Source: Thermococcus kodakarensis KOD1 (GTDB lineage: Archaea; Methanobacteriota_B; Thermococci; Thermococcales; Thermococcaceae). From it: a DNA stretch of 32,000 nt. A program made the translations under genes and the position numbers. Below are positions 7,625-15,351 of the stretch, piece after piece (the first letter of the stretch is position 1; each line of letters opens with the position of its first letter). The stretch is from positions 450,001-482,000 of the forward strand of contig NC_006624.1 in the NCBI RefSeq assembly GCF_000009965.1, in the 5' to 3' direction. Under the pieces are notes generated by a model, which saw only the letters and a list, made by a program, of their open reading frames with translations, searched no databases and was not told the origin of the DNA.

Positions 7625-8191
7625 GTGGATATAGTGAAGCTCAGGGAACTCCTGGAGGCAGAGCTCTCAAGTACGGATTTAAACGAACTTGACGAAGACT
7701 TCTACGTTGAGTTCGACAGCCTGATAAAGGCCCTAAAGCTAAGCGCAGAGAGCTCCAGGGAACGCGGAGAAGACGTCGAGGAAAGGCTTTACCTCGCCCA
7801 GCTCAAGATAGCGGAGTCCCTCATGAAGGAGATCATCAAGCTCAGACTCCATAAGATAGTTGATCTCGCAGTCGAGGGTAAAATCGCGGAGATGACAGCC
7901 GAGGAAAAGAGGCTCTTCAACGTCATAAGAGCATTTATCGAGAGGGAAGAGCTCCCGGAAATTTCAGAGGAAGTCCAACCGCAGGAAGAGAGCGAAGCCG
8001 AGGCAGAGTACAGGTCCAAGGAGGTTCCAAAGGAAGCTTACATTATCCAGATAGACCTCCCAGCCGTTCTTGGCCCGGACATGAAAGAGTATGGGCCGTT
8101 TATGGCCGGAGATATGGCCATTATCCCCACCGTTATTGGGCGAGCCCTCGTTGAGAGAGAGGCCGCACGAAGAGTAAGGATATTCCTCTAA
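7625..8191 (+). CDS. gins51: GINS complex subunit Gins51 (Gins15 family)
   Basis: The ORF is 188 aa with a GTG start after GAGGTGG. It has an N-terminal helical A-domain (LRELLEAE...DFYVEFDSLIKAL...LYLAQLKIA...LRLHKIV), an acidic linker and a small C-terminal B-domain. As I recall, its position next to pcna matches Pyrococcus and Thermococcus. Confidence 0.75.
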   Translation: MDIVKLRELLEAELSSTDLNELDEDFYVEFDSLIKALKLSAESSRERGEDVEERLYLAQLKIAESLMKEIIKLRLHKIVDLAVEGKIAEMTAEEKRLFNVIRAFIEREELPEISEEVQPQEESEAEAEYRSKEVPKEAYIIQIDLPAVLGPDMKEYGPFMAGDMAIIPTVIGRALVEREAARRVRIFL

Positions 8192-8482
8192 AGTAAGTCC
8201 TTTTAAGTTGCTCCAGTTTTTATTCTCTAAAGCAATCCTCCAAATGAATGGATGTTGAGGTCTATCAATGGCCACATTTTTTGAAATTATGCCCACAATC
8301 TAGGTAGAACTGACCAATTATGACAATCTAAGAATCCAGATTTAGACGTTTATAAAACAGATGTTCACGTTGATTTGTCTTTCCGTCAAATTTGTTCCCG
8401 AAACCAAACCGAAAGCTTTATATATTCGAACCAACCAGGTTTATAGTGAAGACGACACACAAAAAGAAAGAGGTGATGTAAG

Positions 8483-9133
8483 ATGGTCGTCATAGGAGAA
8501 AAGTTCCCAGAGGTTGAGGTCAAGACCACCCACGGCGTGATAAAGCTCCCGGACTACTTCGCCGAGCAGGGCAAGTGGTTCGTGCTGTTCAGCCACCCGG
8601 CTGACTTCACCCCGGTCTGTACGACCGAGTTCTACGCCATGCAGAAGAGGGTTGACCAGTTCAGGGAGCTCGGCGTCGAGCCCATCGGACTCAGCGTTGA
8701 CCAGGTCTTCAGCCACATCAAGTGGATGGAGTGGATCAAGGAGAACCTCGGCGAGGAGATAACCTTCCCGGTCATAGCCGACGACCGCGGTGAGCTCGCC
8801 GACAAGCTCGGCATGATACCCAGCGGCGCCACCATAACCGCTAGGGCTGTCTTCATCGTCGACGACAAGGGCATCATAAGGGCCATCGTCTACTACCCGG
8901 CCGAGGTCGGCAGGGACTGGGACGAGATCCTCAGGCTCGTCAAGGCCCTCAAGGTCAGCGACGAGAAGGGAGTCGCCCTTCCGCACAAGTGGCCGAACAA
9001 CGAGCTCATCGGCGATAAGGCCATCGTCCCGCCTGCCAGCACCGTCGACGAGGTCAAGCAGCGCGAAGAGGCCAAGGCCAAGGGCGAGATCGAGTGCTAC
9101 GACTGGTGGTTCTGCTACAAGAAGCTCGAGTGA
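8483..9133 (+). CDS. Peroxiredoxin (Prx6/archaeal thioredoxin peroxidase type)
   Basis: The product contains [17 protein letters not shown], the peroxidatic Cys motif. At 216 aa it also has C-terminal cysteines ([11 protein letters not shown]), typical of archaeal Prx. Confidence 0.95.
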   Translation: MVVIGEKFPEVEVKTTHGVIKLPDYFAEQGKWFVLFSHPADFTPVCTTEFYAMQKRVDQFRELGVEPIGLSVDQVFSHIKWMEWIKENLGEEITFPVIADDRGELADKLGMIPSGATITARAVFIVDDKGIIRAIVYYPAEVGRDWDEILRLVKALKVSDEKGVALPHKWPNNELIGDKAIVPPASTVDEVKQREEAKAKGEIECYDWWFCYKKLE

Positions 9134-9144
9134 GCTTCTTTCCC

Positions 9145-9678
9145 TTATTCTTCTCTGAACTTCTCGAATATCAGCTCATCCACGAACCCGTAGCCAGGTA
9201 TGTGGGAGTGCTTCTTCATCCTGCCCACAAGCTCGAAGCCGTTCTTTTCCAGGACGCGGATTGATGCTGTATTTGGCTCATAGACCCGGGCGTAGACCTT
9301 TCTGAGATTCAGCCATTCAAAGGCGTATTTTAGGGCCAGTCCAACCGCCTCGGTGGCGTAGCCCCTGTTCCAGTACTCCTTCGCTATGAAGTATCCCAGC
9401 TCGGCGTGACCGTCTTTGTGGTTTATCCTGTGCAGGCCTACAAAGCCAACCGGGCTTTTGGACGAGTTTTCTAAAACAGTAAAGACCCTGTTTTCGCGCT
9501 TTCCTCTCCGCATAGCCTCGTACCACTCAAGCTCGTCCTCAAAAAAGAACAGCCCATCCGGATCGCTTAAAAACCTCCTCACATCGCGGTCGTTGTACCA
9601 GAGCCAGGCCCTCCTCACATCGTCTTTGGTTGGGACAGCCAGCGAGACCAGTTTTCCCTTTACCACCACGGGACGCAT
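9145..9678 (-). CDS. GNAT family N-acetyltransferase (RimJ/RimL-like)
   Basis: RimJ/RimL-like N-terminal (WYNDRDVRRFL) and acetyl-CoA-binding-region (YWNRGYATEAV, IRVLEKNGFELVG) motifs are present. I moved the start to the ATG at 9678 (MRPVVVKGK), which follows an AAGGTG RBS. Confidence 0.8.
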   Translation of the reverse strand: MRPVVVKGKLVSLAVPTKDDVRRAWLWYNDRDVRRFLSDPDGLFFFEDELEWYEAMRRGKRENRVFTVLENSSKSPVGFVGLHRINHKDGHAELGYFIAKEYWNRGYATEAVGLALKYAFEWLNLRKVYARVYEPNTASIRVLEKNGFELVGRMKKHSHIPGYGFVDELIFEKFREE

Positions 9679-9683
9679 CGACC

Positions 9684-9706
9684 ACACCTTAAATTTATTA
9701 AGGTGT
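9684..9706. promoter_or_regulatory. Perfect 9-bp inverted repeat (ACACCTTAA-N5-TTAAGGTGT) in the 46-bp divergent intergenic region; candidate operator overlapping the TATA and RBS elements
   Basis: Read directly from the sequence: arms at 9684-9692 and 9698-9706 with an ATTTA spacer. It lies between the GNAT start (9678, minus) and the HTH regulator start (9725, plus). Confidence 0.35.
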
Positions 9707-9724
9707 TATGGGTATTTAAAAACG

Positions 9725-10681
9725 ATGGAAAGGGAGAGGCTCATAAAGACCGTTGAAGCGATACTTAGAGGCGCAGGGTACCGCGTTGCCAGGTTAGACC
9801 TTAAAGGGTCGTGCTTTGACCTAGTGGCGAGCAGGCTCTTTCTCCTGCTTTTTATAAAGGCTACCGTGAACATCGACACGATAACAGAAGAGCAGGCGGA
9901 GGACTTAAAGCGCCTCGCCAAGTTCTTCAAGGCTTCTCCGCTTATTGTTGGGCTAAGGAGCAAGAGCGGCGAGCTTGAAGAGGGTGTGGTGTACGAGCGC
10001 TTTGGAATTTATGCCCTCCGCCCCGAGACCCTCTACGATGCTCTCCTGAACAACGAACTGCCCGCTGTTTTCGCGGAGCGCGGTGGTCTGTACGTCAGGA
10101 TAAACGGAGAGCTGTTGAGAGAACTCAGGGAAAAGCACGGCTATTCTGTAAATGAACTGGCACAGCTGCTCGGCGTGTCTAGAAAGAGCCTGCTCAACTA
10201 CGAGCGCGGCGAACAGGCAGTTTCGCTTGATGTTGCCATCCAGCTTGAAGAGATATTTGATGAGGCCCTCGCGGAGCCGATAGACATCCTGAGGGCCAAA
10301 GTTGAAGCCGACCTCAACGTTAAGCCTGAAACGCCGCTCGAGCGCGAGGTCTTTGAGAGGCTCAAGAAACTCGGCCTGGGCCTTGTGAAGGTGAAGAAAG
10401 CGCCCTTCAACGCGATTTCAACTGAAGACGACATACGCCTTCTCACGGGTATAGATGAAAGGAAGACACGCTCCACCATAAAACGCGCCGAGATGGTGGC
10501 GGAGGTCGGCAGAATAGTTAACAGCGGGGGCGTTTTCATACTGGAGAAGACTAAGGCTGAAGTCGTTTCAGAAGTTCCGCTCATCCCCAAGGAGAGCCTT
10601 GAGGAAGTTAAAGACGCAGATGAGCTTATAGAACTCATCGACAAGCTGAAGAAGGAGATAAAGGAAAAGCTCTTCAGCTGA
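9725..10681 (+). CDS. Archaeal XRE-type HTH transcriptional regulator (conserved 'putative HTH-type transcriptional regulatory protein' family)
   Basis: The ATG at 9725 gives MERERLIKTVEAILRGAGYRVARL... A central HTH follows: YSVNELAQLLGVSRKSLLNYERGEQAVSLDVAIQLEEIF. The track's upstream extension (9416-9724) is antisense to the GNAT gene and low-complexity. Confidence 0.75.
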   Translation: MERERLIKTVEAILRGAGYRVARLDLKGSCFDLVASRLFLLLFIKATVNIDTITEEQAEDLKRLAKFFKASPLIVGLRSKSGELEEGVVYERFGIYALRPETLYDALLNNELPAVFAERGGLYVRINGELLRELREKHGYSVNELAQLLGVSRKSLLNYERGEQAVSLDVAIQLEEIFDEALAEPIDILRAKVEADLNVKPETPLEREVFERLKKLGLGLVKVKKAPFNAISTEDDIRLLTGIDERKTRSTIKRAEMVAEVGRIVNSGGVFILEKTKAEVVSEVPLIPKESLEEVKDADELIELIDKLKKEIKEKLFS

Positions 10682-11939
10682 AGATAACCCTTCTCCAGAC
10701 TTCCCTCAGTCTGTCCACGTACTTCTCGGGCGAAGCTATCATGACCGCCCACCTGGGAGTCTGCCTCCTCTTGAGTGCATTCGCCAGAGGCGTTACCTTC
10801 GTCAGGGGCTGAATTTCGCCGTTATCAAGGAGAACGTTTATCCCAGTTTCCTTGAGCCTCGGCTCGCTCAGCATGAGGTCTGCGATGCTGAACTCCAGGA
10901 TAACCTCGCCCTCACTCGCTCCGACGGCATCCGCCAGGTTCCTTTCGATCTCCTGCCTCTTCTTGACGTTTCTGTAGGCGTTGAGAAGCTCCCGCTTCTC
11001 TTCAGTGCTAAGTTCCTCGGCCGTTATCAAAACGGCCGCCTTGTAGAGCTTTCTGTGGAGAACACGTTTTGTGAGCTCCGCAGGGAGGCCCTCAAGGTCT
11101 TCAAGTTCCACCAGAACCCTGCAGTCTGTCATCCGCCAGAAGTCCCATAAATGCCCCTCGTCGAGGGCGAACTCAAGGGCCCTCGTAAGCATTCCTTCCG
11201 CTATCTTAACCGTGTGGTGGAAGTAGACCCTTGAGTACATGAGCGCCCTGGCAACCATCATTCCCTCAACTGCCTCGATGCCTTTCTCGTCAACAACGAG
11301 CTGACCATCGTGAATCTTCATAACCTTGAGGAGTCTTTCCAGGTCTATTATACCGTGGGCGACGCCGGTGTAGTGGGCATCCCTTACCAGGTAGTCGAGC
11401 TGGTCAACATCGACGCCCCCGTGGAGCATCTGGCCGAGATAGGGCTTCTCAGAGCGGCCGAGAATTATGTCGGCGACGGCCTTTGGGTCTATCCCGTGTT
11501 TCTCAAGTATTTCGGGTATTCTCCCCCCATCTTCGTCGCCCGTTATGTTGATGTTGCCGAGGATTATGTCCTGACCGAGGCGCATGTGGTCGCGCTCCTT
11601 CACGTAGTGCTTGTAGATGCCCTCAAAGGTGTGGCTGAGCGGCCCGTGGCCGATGTCGTGGAGGAGCGCACCCACCTGAAGTAGTTCAGACTCCTCTTTT
11701 GGAAGACCAACTTCCTCAGAAAGGCGTTTGGCCAGGTGCCAGGCTCCGAGCGAGTGTTCAAAGCGCGAGTGATTGGCACCGGGATAAACGAGGTACGCAA
11801 GCCCGAGTTGCTTTATCTGCCTTAACCTCTGGAACTCTGGTGTTTTTACGAGGTCGAGGATGACTCCAGAGACCTTCATGCTACCATGAATACCGTCGTG
11901 GATGATTTTATAGCCGTCGTGTCCGTCACTCATTTTCAT
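10674..11939 (-). CDS. HD-domain phosphohydrolase (SAMHD1/dGTPase-like)
   Basis: The product contains NHSRFEHSLGAWHLA...GALLHDIGHGPLSH...DQLDYLVRDAHYTG, the canonical HD superfamily motifs. The start is set at the ATG at 11939 (MKMSDGHDGYKIIHD) after GGTGA. Confidence 0.8.
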   Translation of the reverse strand: MKMSDGHDGYKIIHDGIHGSMKVSGVILDLVKTPEFQRLRQIKQLGLAYLVYPGANHSRFEHSLGAWHLAKRLSEEVGLPKEESELLQVGALLHDIGHGPLSHTFEGIYKHYVKERDHMRLGQDIILGNINITGDEDGGRIPEILEKHGIDPKAVADIILGRSEKPYLGQMLHGGVDVDQLDYLVRDAHYTGVAHGIIDLERLLKVMKIHDGQLVVDEKGIEAVEGMMVARALMYSRVYFHHTVKIAEGMLTRALEFALDEGHLWDFWRMTDCRVLVELEDLEGLPAELTKRVLHRKLYKAAVLITAEELSTEEKRELLNAYRNVKKRQEIERNLADAVGASEGEVILEFSIADLMLSEPRLKETGINVLLDNGEIQPLTKVTPLANALKRRQTPRWAVMIASPEKYVDRLREVWRRVIFS

Positions 11940-12030
11940 CACCGGCCGAAAATCTGTGAAACTCCTTAAATAATTTTTCGGCAATATGACGAAAAATATC
12001 CCGCTGATGGAAGCGATTGCAGACCATCAA

Positions 12031-12038
12031 TTTATAAA
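12031..12038 (+). promoter_or_regulatory. TATA box (TTTATAAA) about 26 nt upstream of the first H/ACA hairpin
   Basis: The sequence is TTTATAAA at 12031-12038. Its distance to 12060 matches the archaeal TATA-to-TSS spacing. Confidence 0.4.
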
Positions 12039-12059
12039 CCTGTCAGTGGAGAATAAAAT

Positions 12060-12272
12060 GCCCCTGCGCGAGGACCCCGGGGAGAATGAACCGGGGGGCG
12101 ATGCGGGGGCAACAGCCCGGCCTCAGCGAGGTCCCCGCGGGAGGGCCTTCCGCGTCCCGGAGCACGATGACCGCGGGAAACCCAGGCCGGGCACAGTTCT
12201 GGCCCGCCAGGGTTAGCCCGCCCAAGGGTGGCGTACGCCTTCGATGAGGGCGGGAGTTACCGGCGGGCCATA
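12060..12272 (+). ncRNA. Three-hairpin H/ACA box guide sRNA (pseudouridylation guide), unannotated
   Basis: There are three consecutive hairpin-ANA units. HP1 has lower stem 12060-12068/12102-12110, upper stem 12075-12080/12091-12096 and ACA at 12112-12114. HP2 has lower stem 12115-12123/12184-12192, upper stem 12132-12140/12171-12178 and ACA at 12193-12195. HP3 has lower stem 12201-12208/12262-12269, upper stem 12217-12223/12248-12254 and AUA at 12270-12272. In every unit an AUGA (K-turn/K-loop half-site) sits just 5' of the upper-stem 3' strand. The upper stem lies 14-15 nt from the ANA box in each. Confidence 0.7.
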
Positions 12273-12389
12273 TTCTCAATGAATTCTGGGTCATGGCGTA
12301 GAGAGTTACACTCTTTCCAGATTTTAAAGACCATCAGCAATAGTATGCAAATTATGAATAAAAAAGGTTATTAATGCTGAAGGCTAGGT

Positions 12390-12614
12390 ATGAATATGAA
12401 CCCAGAGAAAAAATCAAAAGAGATCGTATTAACTGAAGTCCCCTGGCTTGCCGAAGATTACCAAAGCTATCTAAGGAGAATACTTGAGGAAAAGGAAAGA
12501 GAACGGAAAGAAGTTATTAGGTGTTTAAAGGAATTAACAGCAAGTGCGCGGAAGATCCTGCCCAAGGAGCTCGTGGATATTATCCCTTTTTCTAGTGAGT
12601 GTATAAACGAATGA
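12390..12614 (+). CDS. Hypothetical small protein (74 aa) in an AT-rich islet
   Basis: This is the only ORF in the AT-rich gap between the H/ACA locus and moeA. The product is Lys/Glu-rich and helical (YLRRILEEKERERKEVIRCLKEL). I see no recognisable family and no convincing RBS. Confidence 0.3.
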   Translation: MNMNPEKKSKEIVLTEVPWLAEDYQSYLRRILEEKERERKEVIRCLKELTASARKILPKELVDIIPFSSECINE

Positions 12615-12624
12615 AAAATAGAGC

Positions 12625-13815
12625 TCAGTACAACACAACCTCCACCTCTTCTCCCTCCAGGTAACCCTCGCTGTCCTCTGGAATCGTTATGTATCCGTTG
12701 CTCTCCACAAGCGAGCTTATTATGCCACTGCCCTTCTTCTTTATCGGTCTTGCCGTACCGTTTTCGTACCAGACCTTGACGAACTCGTAGCGGCCGAGCT
12801 GGCTCGGAACCCTTTCGGTAAGCCTTGCCCTGACCCGGGTTTCGTAGTTTCTTGCCCCCACAAGCTTCGCAAGCGCGTGCTTGACGTAGAGGTGGAACTG
12901 AGTGAAGACCGCAACCGGATAGCCGCTCATTACAAAGACTCTCTCCCCGTATCCTATTGGCCTTCCTGGTTTTATCGTCGTCCCGTGGAAGAGAAGGTTC
13001 ACAAAGCGGTGGGCAAAGTCCATATCGCCGAAAGCTGAGCCGCCCGTGACAAGGACGAGGTCGTTCTCGGAGCGTGCTTTCCTTATTGCCTCTCCGATTT
13101 TCTCCTCGTCATCCGGAATTACCCCATAGAACCTCGGCTCCCCAAAGTACTGCCTGACTAGGCCTTTCAGCATAACCGAGTTGCTCTCAAGTATCTTTCC
13201 ATGGTTCAGGGCTTCTTCATCAAACTCCTCGATGAGCTCGCTTCCTGTAACTATTATACCAACCCTGGGCTTTCTCCTGACTCGAACAGTCTTGAAGCCT
13301 ATGCTTTTGAGGATTGCCAGGTCCTGAGGCCTTAGAATCTGGCCCTTTTTAAGGACAACCTGTCCCTTTCTGACGTCCTCACCCTTCATTGCAACGTTCT
13401 GACCGGGAGCAACGGGGCGGAGAACCCTTATAACGTCCCCCTCGCGCTCGGCCATCTCCTGCATCAGAACGGCGTTTGCTCCCTCCGGGATCTTGGCCCC
13501 GGTCAGGAGCTTAACTGCAGTTCCGGGCTCAACGGTCTTTTTACTCTCTCCGCCGGCGGGAATTTCGTCTATTACCCTGAGCTCCACCGGGCTGTACTCC
13601 CTCGCCTGAAACGTATCCTCGGCGCGGAGTGCATAGCCATCAACGGCAGACCTGTCAAAGGGTGGACTGTCTATGGGCGATACGACGTCCTCGGCCAGGA
13701 CTCTCCCAAGAGCCTCATCGAGAGGAACTTCCTCAACTTCTTGGATCTCGCTCAGATCGTTGAGGAGAAGGCCCAGGGCCTCTTTATAGGGCGTGAGCTT
13801 CTTGAACTCCCTCAT
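12625..13815 (-). CDS. moeA: Molybdopterin molybdenumtransferase MoeA
   Basis: The 396-aa product contains LDEALGRVLAEDVVSPIDSPPFDRSAVDGYALRAEDT, plus the MoCF-binding segment VGIIVTGSEL...DLVLVTGGSAFGD. Confidence 0.9.
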   Translation of the reverse strand: MREFKKLTPYKEALGLLLNDLSEIQEVEEVPLDEALGRVLAEDVVSPIDSPPFDRSAVDGYALRAEDTFQAREYSPVELRVIDEIPAGGESKKTVEPGTAVKLLTGAKIPEGANAVLMQEMAEREGDVIRVLRPVAPGQNVAMKGEDVRKGQVVLKKGQILRPQDLAILKSIGFKTVRVRRKPRVGIIVTGSELIEEFDEEALNHGKILESNSVMLKGLVRQYFGEPRFYGVIPDDEEKIGEAIRKARSENDLVLVTGGSAFGDMDFAHRFVNLLFHGTTIKPGRPIGYGERVFVMSGYPVAVFTQFHLYVKHALAKLVGARNYETRVRARLTERVPSQLGRYEFVKVWYENGTARPIKKKGSGIISSLVESNGYITIPEDSEGYLEGEEVEVVLY

Positions 13816-13817
13816 TT

Positions 13818-14276
13818 TTACACCCCCAGAGTTTTAAGCCACTTCACTCTTTTAAAGTCCGAGTCAAAGGTAGCAATGTGCTTAACGTTATGATTCCGGC
13901 AGGCAAGCACTATTTGTGCATCGGAGGGCATCAGGTTGTACTCTTTCATGGTATCATAGAGTTCTTCCCGCCTGAACGAATCGGGGACTATGATGACCCC
14001 AAGCTCATCAAGAAGCCCGTTAAGAGAGGTCACCACATCGGAAAATGGCCCCCATCCCTTTCGAGCCACGAACTTCCTCAGGCTGTATTTTCCCTTTATT
14101 CCGAATTTTTCTCTCCCAATGATAAGAGCTAGAGCACCAATGGCTTCTCTATAGACTGTGGGAGACGTTAGAAATGCCCAGGGTCCCAACAGTATTTCCT
14201 CGGCAATTCCTGCCTTTTCACCGTCCACGAGGTACTCAACGAGGACGCTGGTGTCGAGAAACAGGAAGTCGCTCAA
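13818..14276 (-). CDS. vapC: PIN-domain ribonuclease, VapC-type toxin
   Basis: The product has FLDTSVLVEYL (first acidic residue), later E/D positions (YREAIG, MPSDAQIVLA) and a terminal IATFDSDF. The TTG start at 14276 overlaps the stop of the upstream small ORF (TTGA). The gene ends 2 nt before the moeA start. Confidence 0.8.
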   Translation of the reverse strand: MSDFLFLDTSVLVEYLVDGEKAGIAEEILLGPWAFLTSPTVYREAIGALALIIGREKFGIKGKYSLRKFVARKGWGPFSDVVTSLNGLLDELGVIIVPDSFRREELYDTMKEYNLMPSDAQIVLACRNHNVKHIATFDSDFKRVKWLKTLGV

Positions 14277-14440
14277 AGCTCTTCAGCCTCCTTAATCGCC
14301 CATAGTATAGTCTCCTCACTTGCCTTACCGAGTATTCCCCTGAATTTCCTTATTTTCTGTTTTTTGGCTAAAGTGAGCTTACTGCCCTCCTCAGCCGTGG
14401 TGATGTTTGAACTCCCGACTTTCTCCATGTTTTCACCCAT
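14273..14440 (-). CDS. vapB: Putative VapB-type antitoxin (55 aa; not in the ORF track)
   Basis: My own translation gives MGENMEKVGSSNITTAEEGSKLTLAKKQKIRKFRGILGKASEETILWAIKEAEEL. Its stop TGA (14275-14273) overlaps the vapC TTG start (14276-14274). The size and position are typical of an antitoxin partner. Confidence 0.55.
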   Translation of the reverse strand: MGENMEKVGSSNITTAEEGSKLTLAKKQKIRKFRGILGKASEETILWAIKEAEEL

Positions 14441-14466
14441 TATGTCTTGTGTGCTTTCCCTTAAAA

Positions 14467-14979
14467 CTATTCACGACCGTGCTTTAGCACGTGACCAGCC
14501 TCGGCCAGTATGAGCTTTACCCCAGTTTTGGCGGCACCAAGGCTTCCCGGAAGGCAGAAGACTGCCATTGCCCTGCCCGAGCTCCTTATTATCCCTCCTG
14601 TGGCCCTCGTCATTATCGCGGCGGTCCCTATCTCCTCGTAGCTGACGAGCCTGAATATATCTCCAAACGAAAGCTCCTTGTCAAAGAGCGGTCTGAGGCT
14701 CTCTATTGTCACGTCTCTGCTCGATATCCCCGTTCCTCCGGATGTTACAACCACATCCGCTCCCGCGCGGAACGCATCAACGACCGCCCCGATGATTTCC
14801 ATCTTCTCATCCGGCACAACCTTGTAGAGAACCCTCTCGTGGCCGGCCTTCTCAAGCTCCTCAACCAGAAACTTTCCGCTCTTATCCTCTTTCTCTCCCC
14901 TGCTCGCAGTGTCGCTGACCGTTATAACGGCAAACCTAAACTTCCGCGGGGCCTTCTCCTTGTGATCCTTAACGCCCAT
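14467..14979 (-). CDS. moaB: Molybdenum cofactor biosynthesis protein MoaB (MogA/MoaB family)
   Basis: The 170-aa product contains FAVITVSDTASRGEKEDKSGKFL...VVVTSGGTGISSRDVT, the MoCF_biosynth signature. Confidence 0.85.
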   Translation of the reverse strand: MGVKDHKEKAPRKFRFAVITVSDTASRGEKEDKSGKFLVEELEKAGHERVLYKVVPDEKMEIIGAVVDAFRAGADVVVTSGGTGISSRDVTIESLRPLFDKELSFGDIFRLVSYEEIGTAAIMTRATGGIIRSSGRAMAVFCLPGSLGAAKTGVKLILAEAGHVLKHGRE

Positions 14980-15055
14980 GATACCACCCAGTTAAACTGC
15001 TCTTTGGTCTTAATAACCTTTCAGAAAACAATACTGCTTAACAGAAACCAATCGG

Positions 15056-15200
15056 TGTGGGCCCGGCTGATCCCCCGCTCTCATTGACGGCCAGAGACCC
15101 CCTCCAGCGGTCCGGAGACCGGGCCCTGTCCGCCCGGCATCGTCTCATCCCTTCACTGTGGGCCTCGGCCCCCTCCGGGACACGGGCCACCGGGCGGGAC
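15056..15200 (-). ncRNA. Two-hairpin H/ACA box guide sRNA, unannotated
   Basis: On the minus strand, HP1 has lower stem 15197-15190/15137-15130 followed directly by ACA (15129-15127). HP2 has lower stem 15126-15119/15066-15059 followed by ACA (15058-15056). Both hairpins share a 5' GGAGGGGG element and a 3' UGAA/AUGA element (15155-15152 and 15084-15081), consistent with a K-turn. In HP2, GUCAAUGAGAG resembles the K-loop of the P. furiosus Pf9-derived H/ACA RNA as I recall it. TATA-like elements lie at 15226-15250. Confidence 0.65.
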
Positions 15201-15351
15201 CGTCGTAGAAAATTCTTCGGAAGGCATTTTAACGTTTTCGAATTATATAACCTGCAGGAATAGGAACATTTTGGATTCATGCCGAAAAGTATATAAGACG
15301 ATGCACAGACCCGACCACTGCACTGATTAAGTCGAAGAGAAGGTGATGCTC

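Noticed and set aside
12060-12290. Possibility that the GC-rich loci are SRP (7S) RNA or RNase P RNA
   Set aside because: Both loci are too short (about 210 and 145 nt against roughly 300-330 nt). I could not find the SRP helix-8 signature (GGAA tetraloop flanked by AGCA-type loop motifs, as in CAGGCCCGGAAGGGAGCA). I also could not find the RNase P P4 signatures (GGAAAGUCC and ACAGAA..GGCUUA) on either strand.
11986-12294. ORFs 11986-12216 (plus, 76 aa) and 12043-12294 (minus, 83 aa)
   Set aside because: Both products are Pro/Arg/Gly-rich with no start context. The ORFs overlap each other on opposite strands in a GC-rich, highly self-complementary segment. That segment is better explained as a three-hairpin H/ACA sRNA.
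15038-15280. ORFs 15038-15280 (minus, 80 aa) and 15057-15263 (plus, 68 aa)
   Set aside because: The situation is the same as at 11986-12294. These are mutually overlapping Arg/Pro/Ser-rich frames across a structured GC-rich segment with hairpin-ACA architecture.
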